64,000 bases of DNA from Nostoc sp. (GTDB lineage Bacteria; Cyanobacteriota; Cyanobacteriia; Cyanobacteriales; Nostocaceae): the NCBI GenBank assembly GCA_036918135.1, contig JBALDB010000067.1, positions 64,001 through 128,000 of the forward strand, in the 5' to 3' direction. This document shows, piece after piece, positions 60,297 through 64,000 of the stretch. Positions within the stretch are counted from its first letter, which is position 1. Every line of letters begins with the position of its first letter. Under the pieces are notes generated by a model. The model worked only from the letters and a program-made list of their open reading frames with translations, was not told the DNA's origin and ran no database searches. The position numbers were made by a program, and so were the translations under genes.

Positions 60297-63200
60297 ATGC
60301 TCCATATTCCTTATTCTCAATTACCGCGTTATGGCATTGCTGTATTAAATGTAGCACTTGCATTAGTTTTAATGCTGATGCTACATTCTTGGCTAAGCAT
60401 AAGTGGAATTCATTTTTTGCTGTTTTTTAGCGCTGTAATGGTGAGTGCCTGGTATAGCGATCTGAAATCAGGACTATTGGCAACCTTCTTGTCTGTGGTA
60501 GCGAGCAATTACTTCTTCCTATCACCTCTTTATCAACTGAGTTTTGATTTATCTAATTTTCTGGAAACCGGGTTGTTTGGATTACAAGGATTCCTCTTTA
60601 GTATCATCTGTCAGGCATTTAAAACTGCTAAAGGAGAGGCTGATGTAAATTTACAACAGCTCAAAGTCTCACAAGAGCGATTTGGCTTAGCTTTGAGTAG
60701 TTCAGATATGATGGTATTTCAGCACGATCGCAATTTGCGATATCAGTGGATTCATCAGCCTCAAGCTGGCGACACGGCACAAGAAATCCTCGGTAAGTCT
60801 GATGCTGAAATATTTCCTGCCTTAGTAGCAGAGCAATTGACGGCGATTAAGCGCCGAGTATTAGAAACTGGGGTTGCAGCCCGTGAAGAAGTTTGTCTGC
60901 CGATAAATGGAGAAAACCGTTACTACGATTTGCTCGTTGAACCGCTTAAGGATGCAGACAATAGCATTCATGGGATTACTTGTGTGGCTGTGAATATTAC
61001 CCAGCGCCATCAAGCGGAACTAGAAAATACTAGATTGCACAGAGAACTTCAGCAAGCTGTTCAGCAAAAAGATGAATCTTTGGCGTTGCTTAATGCTTGG
61101 CTGACCACTTCACCAGTAGCGCTGGCTTTCCTTGATACTGAACTTCGCTACGTTTACGCTAATGAAGCCCTAGCAGCTACTAATGGTGTACCACTAAACC
61201 AACATATTGGTCGCACCTTGAGGCAAGTCTTACCAGAATGGGCAGAGCAAATCGAGCCTGTATTTAAGCAAGTGATGGCAACCAGGCAGCCCTTACTGAA
61301 CCAGGAAATAAGCAGTGAAACTTATCCGCTTGGAATGTGTCGTTACGGTATTGTCAACTATTATCCGGTGTGTTTACCAGATGGACAGTTGCTAGGAGTT
61401 GGTATCACATCCATTGATATCACTCAACAGAAACAATCTGAGCAAACATTACGAGAAAGCGAAGCGAAGTTTCGCAGTGTAGTTGAGTCAAATATGATTG
61501 GCATTGGGTTTTGGCAAACAGACGGCAAAATCACAGATGCTAATGATGCCTTGTTGGATATGTTGGGTTATTCTCGTGCAGAATTAGTTTCCAGCGAACT
61601 TAACTGGCAAAACCTGACTCCACCAGAGTACCAGCCACTCGACGAGCAAGCACTGATTCAACTGCAAAACAGTCGCTTTTGCACACCCTATGAAAAAGAA
61701 TATATTTGTAAAGACGGCTCACGCTTGCCAGTTTTGATAGGTGCTAGCCACTTTGAGGAGACTTTTGAGCGAGGAGCTTTCTTTGTTCTGGATATCACAC
61801 AGCGCAAGCAGGCTGAGCAAAGACTCCGCTATATTGCCGAAGTTACTAATTTACTTTCTACTTCCCTAGATTACGAGCAAACCTTAGAACAAATTGCTAA
61901 TATTTCAGTTCCCCAGCTAGCTGATTGGTGTAGCGTCGATATTCTCAATGAAGACAGTTCTATTCGTCCCTTATGTATTGCCCATGCAGACCCATCCAAA
62001 GCAGAATTGGCGCGTAAACTTCAGCAGTATGGGCAGAATTACAAGGGTGCAAATGCAATTACTAGAGTATTGCAAACTGGACAAAGCGAATTAATCTCAG
62101 AGGTATCTGACTGGCTATTAGTGACAAATACTCAGAATGAAGAACACTTAGAACTTGTTCGGCAATTGGGGATCAAGTCTGTGATGATTGTGCCGTTAGT
62201 CGCAGGAGGGCGAGTACTCGGCAGCATTACGTTTATTACTGCCGAATCAAACCGTCGCTACGATCGCTCTGACTTGACTTTAGCAACAGATATCGCCTCT
62301 CGTGCTGCTTTAGCAGTAGAAAATGCCCAACTTTATCGAGACATCCACCAAGCTTTAGTTCATTATGCTGAATCTTTATCTCTTCTAGATGCGCTGCTAG
62401 GAGCCGCTCCCGTTGCTGTATGCTTTTTGGATCGCCATCTGCGATATATCAGGATTAATCAGGTGTTTGCTGACATCAACGGTTTAACTATAGAACAACA
62501 CTTAGGACGCAAATTTCCAGAAGTACTACCAGAAATGGCGGCTGAGTTGGAAGTACAGTTACAGCAGGTGTTAAATACTGGAGAACCACTGCTGAACATA
62601 GAAATTAATACCCAAACACCAGGGCAACCTGAAAGTTATCGATACTGGCTGAGCAATTATTACCCAGTCAACAACCGAATGGGCGAAACAGAAGGAATTG
62701 GCATAATTATGGCAGATGTAACAGCAGCAAAACAAACAGAAGTTGCTTTGCGAGAAAGCGAAGAAAGATTCCGGGCAATGTTCAATCAAGCTGCTGTAGG
62801 TATTGCTCTAATAGGCTTGGATGGACAATTTCTTCAGGTTAATCCGGCGCTGTGCCAGATTACTGGCTACAGCCATGAAGAATTAATTCAAATGAACTTC
62901 GAGGAAATTACTCATCCTGACGATCTAGAAGCTGATAAAGAAAATGCTCGGCGAGTTTTGGCACAAGAAGAAATTAGTGGTTATTCCCTAGAAAAGCGCT
63001 ACATCCGCAAAGATGGTTCTATTGTTTGGGTAAACCTAACTTCATCAGCAGTTTGGAATTCTCAAGGAGAACTCAAGTATGCATCAGGTATTATCGAAGA
63101 TATCAGCGATCGCAAACGAGTTGAAGCCACGCAACAGTTTTTAGTCGAAGCCAGCGCCCTACTTGCTGCCTCATTGGATTATGAAATCACCCTAGCCAAT

Positions 63201-64000
63201 GTGGCTAATCTAGCAGTTCCTACCCTGGCTGACTGGTGTATTGTAGATGTTTTCCAGGAAGATTGGTCAAGTAAACAAATTGCGATCGCAATTGCTCAGC
63301 CAACAAAACAAAATATTTTAAACGAAATCCAACGGCGTTATCCACCTAAAACTGGGGCACAACAGCTTGTAGAGCAACTACGGCTGGGAATACCTGTTTT
63401 TTATCCAGAATTATCTAACTCTCATCTTTTACAGATGGCTCAAAACCAGGAACATCTGCAATTACTCCAGAGTTTGGGTATTTGTTCTCTAATGGTGATT
63501 CCAGTCCGTTCTCGCGGGCAATTATTTGGCGCAATCTCTTTTTTTACAGCCGAATCGGGTAGGCACTACCAGCATGTAGACTTAGCCTTGGCAGAGGATA
63601 TTGCTCGCCGTGCTGCTACAGCCATTGACAATGCGAGACTCTACCAAGAAACTCAGCAAGCAAAACAAGCAGCAGAGCTATCTGTTAATCGTACTGTGCT
63701 TTTACAAAGTATTACTGCTGCCCTCTCCGAAGCCCTAACTTCTCAACAAGTCGCTGATGTGGTGATGAACCAAGGAATTGCTGCCTTGGGAGCCTGTGCT
63801 GGTTGCGTTGTCTTACTTAAAGCAAGTACTACCTTGAAAGTTATCCAAGCAACTGGCTATCCACAATCACTTATAGATATCTGGAAAAGTTTTCCGATTA
63901 CTGCTGATAACCAAATCGCTCAAACAGTCAGAACTAAGAAGCCAATTTTTTTAGAAAATCTAGAAGCCTTGATGGCGAACTATCCCAACTTAGCTGATAC
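60297..64000 (+). CDS. Multi-sensor signalling protein: DUF4118-like membrane region plus multiple PAS and GAF domains; runs off the right edge
   Basis: Manual translation: RYGIAVL...LLFFSAVMVSAWY (membrane region); PAS motifs (FLDTELRYVYANEAL, ITHPDD, EKRYIRKDG); GAF motifs (LDYEQTL...VPQLADWC, ALAVENAQL). Frame at the start matches the frame at the window end. Confidence 0.85.
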   Translation, partial: MLHIPYSQLPRYGIAVLNVALALVLMLMLHSWLSISGIHFLLFFSAVMVSAWYSDLKSGLLATFLSVVASNYFFLSPLYQLSFDLSNFLETGLFGLQGFLFSIICQAFKTAKGEADVNLQQLKVSQERFGLALSSSDMMVFQHDRNLRYQWIHQPQAGDTAQEILGKSDAEIFPALVAEQLTAIKRRVLETGVAAREEVCLPINGENRYYDLLVEPLKDADNSIHGITCVAVNITQRHQAELENTRLHRELQQAVQQKDESLALLNAWLTTSPVALAFLDTELRYVYANEALAATNGVPLNQHIGRTLRQVLPEWAEQIEPVFKQVMATRQPLLNQEISSETYPLGMCRYGIVNYYPVCLPDGQLLGVGITSIDITQQKQSEQTLRESEAKFRSVVESNMIGIGFWQTDGKITDANDALLDMLGYSRAELVSSELNWQNLTPPEYQPLDEQALIQLQNSRFCTPYEKEYICKDGSRLPVLIGASHFEETFERGAFFVLDITQRKQAEQRLRYIAEVTNLLSTSLDYEQTLEQIANISVPQLADWCSVDILNEDSSIRPLCIAHADPSKAELARKLQQYGQNYKGANAITRVLQTGQSELISEVSDWLLVTNTQNEEHLELVRQLGIKSVMIVPLVAGGRVLGSITFITAESNRRYDRSDLTLATDIASRAALAVENAQLYRDIHQALVHYAESLSLLDALLGAAPVAVCFLDRHLRYIRINQVFADINGLTIEQHLGRKFPEVLPEMAAELEVQLQQVLNTGEPLLNIEINTQTPGQPESYRYWLSNYYPVNNRMGETEGIGIIMADVTAAKQTEVALRESEERFRAMFNQAAVGIALIGLDGQFLQVNPALCQITGYSHEELIQMNFEEITHPDDLEADKENARRVLAQEEISGYSLEKRYIRKDGSIVWVNLTSSAVWNSQGELKYASGIIEDISDRKRVEATQQFLVEASALLAASLDYEITLANVANLAVPTLADWCIVDVFQEDWSSKQIAIAIAQPTKQNILNEIQRRYPPKTGAQQLVEQLRLGIPVFYPELSNSHLLQMAQNQEHLQLLQSLGICSLMVIPVRSRGQLFGAISFFTAESGRHYQHVDLALAEDIARRAATAIDNARLYQETQQAKQAAELSVNRTVLLQSITAALSEALTSQQVADVVMNQGIAALGACAGCVVLLKASTTLKVIQATGYPQSLIDIWKSFPITADNQIAQTVRTKKPIFLENLEALMANYPNLAD

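Noticed and set aside
62571..62789. 72-aa minus-strand ORF
   Set aside because: Antisense to the long PAS/GAF sensor gene.

Overview
Chromosomal window from a filamentous cyanobacterium (Nostocales-like: frequent HIP1 GCGATCGC sites, STRR heptamers, small MITE/REP-like repeats). Left to right: (1) a partial membrane PAS sensor gene and a decayed FAD/Rieske oxidoreductase; (2) squalene/phytoene synthase, an HpnI-like glycosyltransferase and an unassigned radical SAM gene; (3) Ser/Thr kinase, FHA protein and recA with its LexA box; (4) an AT-rich three-gene cassette ending in an HNH nuclease; (5) xseA and a duplicated xseB region bracketing cargo genes; (6) spp-ruvA-bioF. The centrepiece (about 22.9-43.7 kb, minus strand) is a proteusin/NHLP RiPP cluster. 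It has an NHLP precursor with a 15-aa core (GGDTFVTEGTIYDCK), a PoyD/OspD-type radical SAM epimerase, a CCG-type LanM and an unassigned 362-aa enzyme that may be an ABBA-type prenyltransferase. It also has HlyD, a second Cys-free double-glycine precursor and the two-part NHLP ABC exporter. Upstream lies a probable regulatory module (REC-AraC, Cache-HAMP receptor, MinD-like ATPase, HExxH protein, tandem cNMP protein, dead PAS kinase). Next is a sigma factor / DUF1822 / CHAT-CHASE2 / DUF928 / two filamentous-haemagglutinin / TPR-CHAT locus, and a partial PAS/GAF sensor at the right edge. All assignments come from reading motifs by eye; no searches were run.
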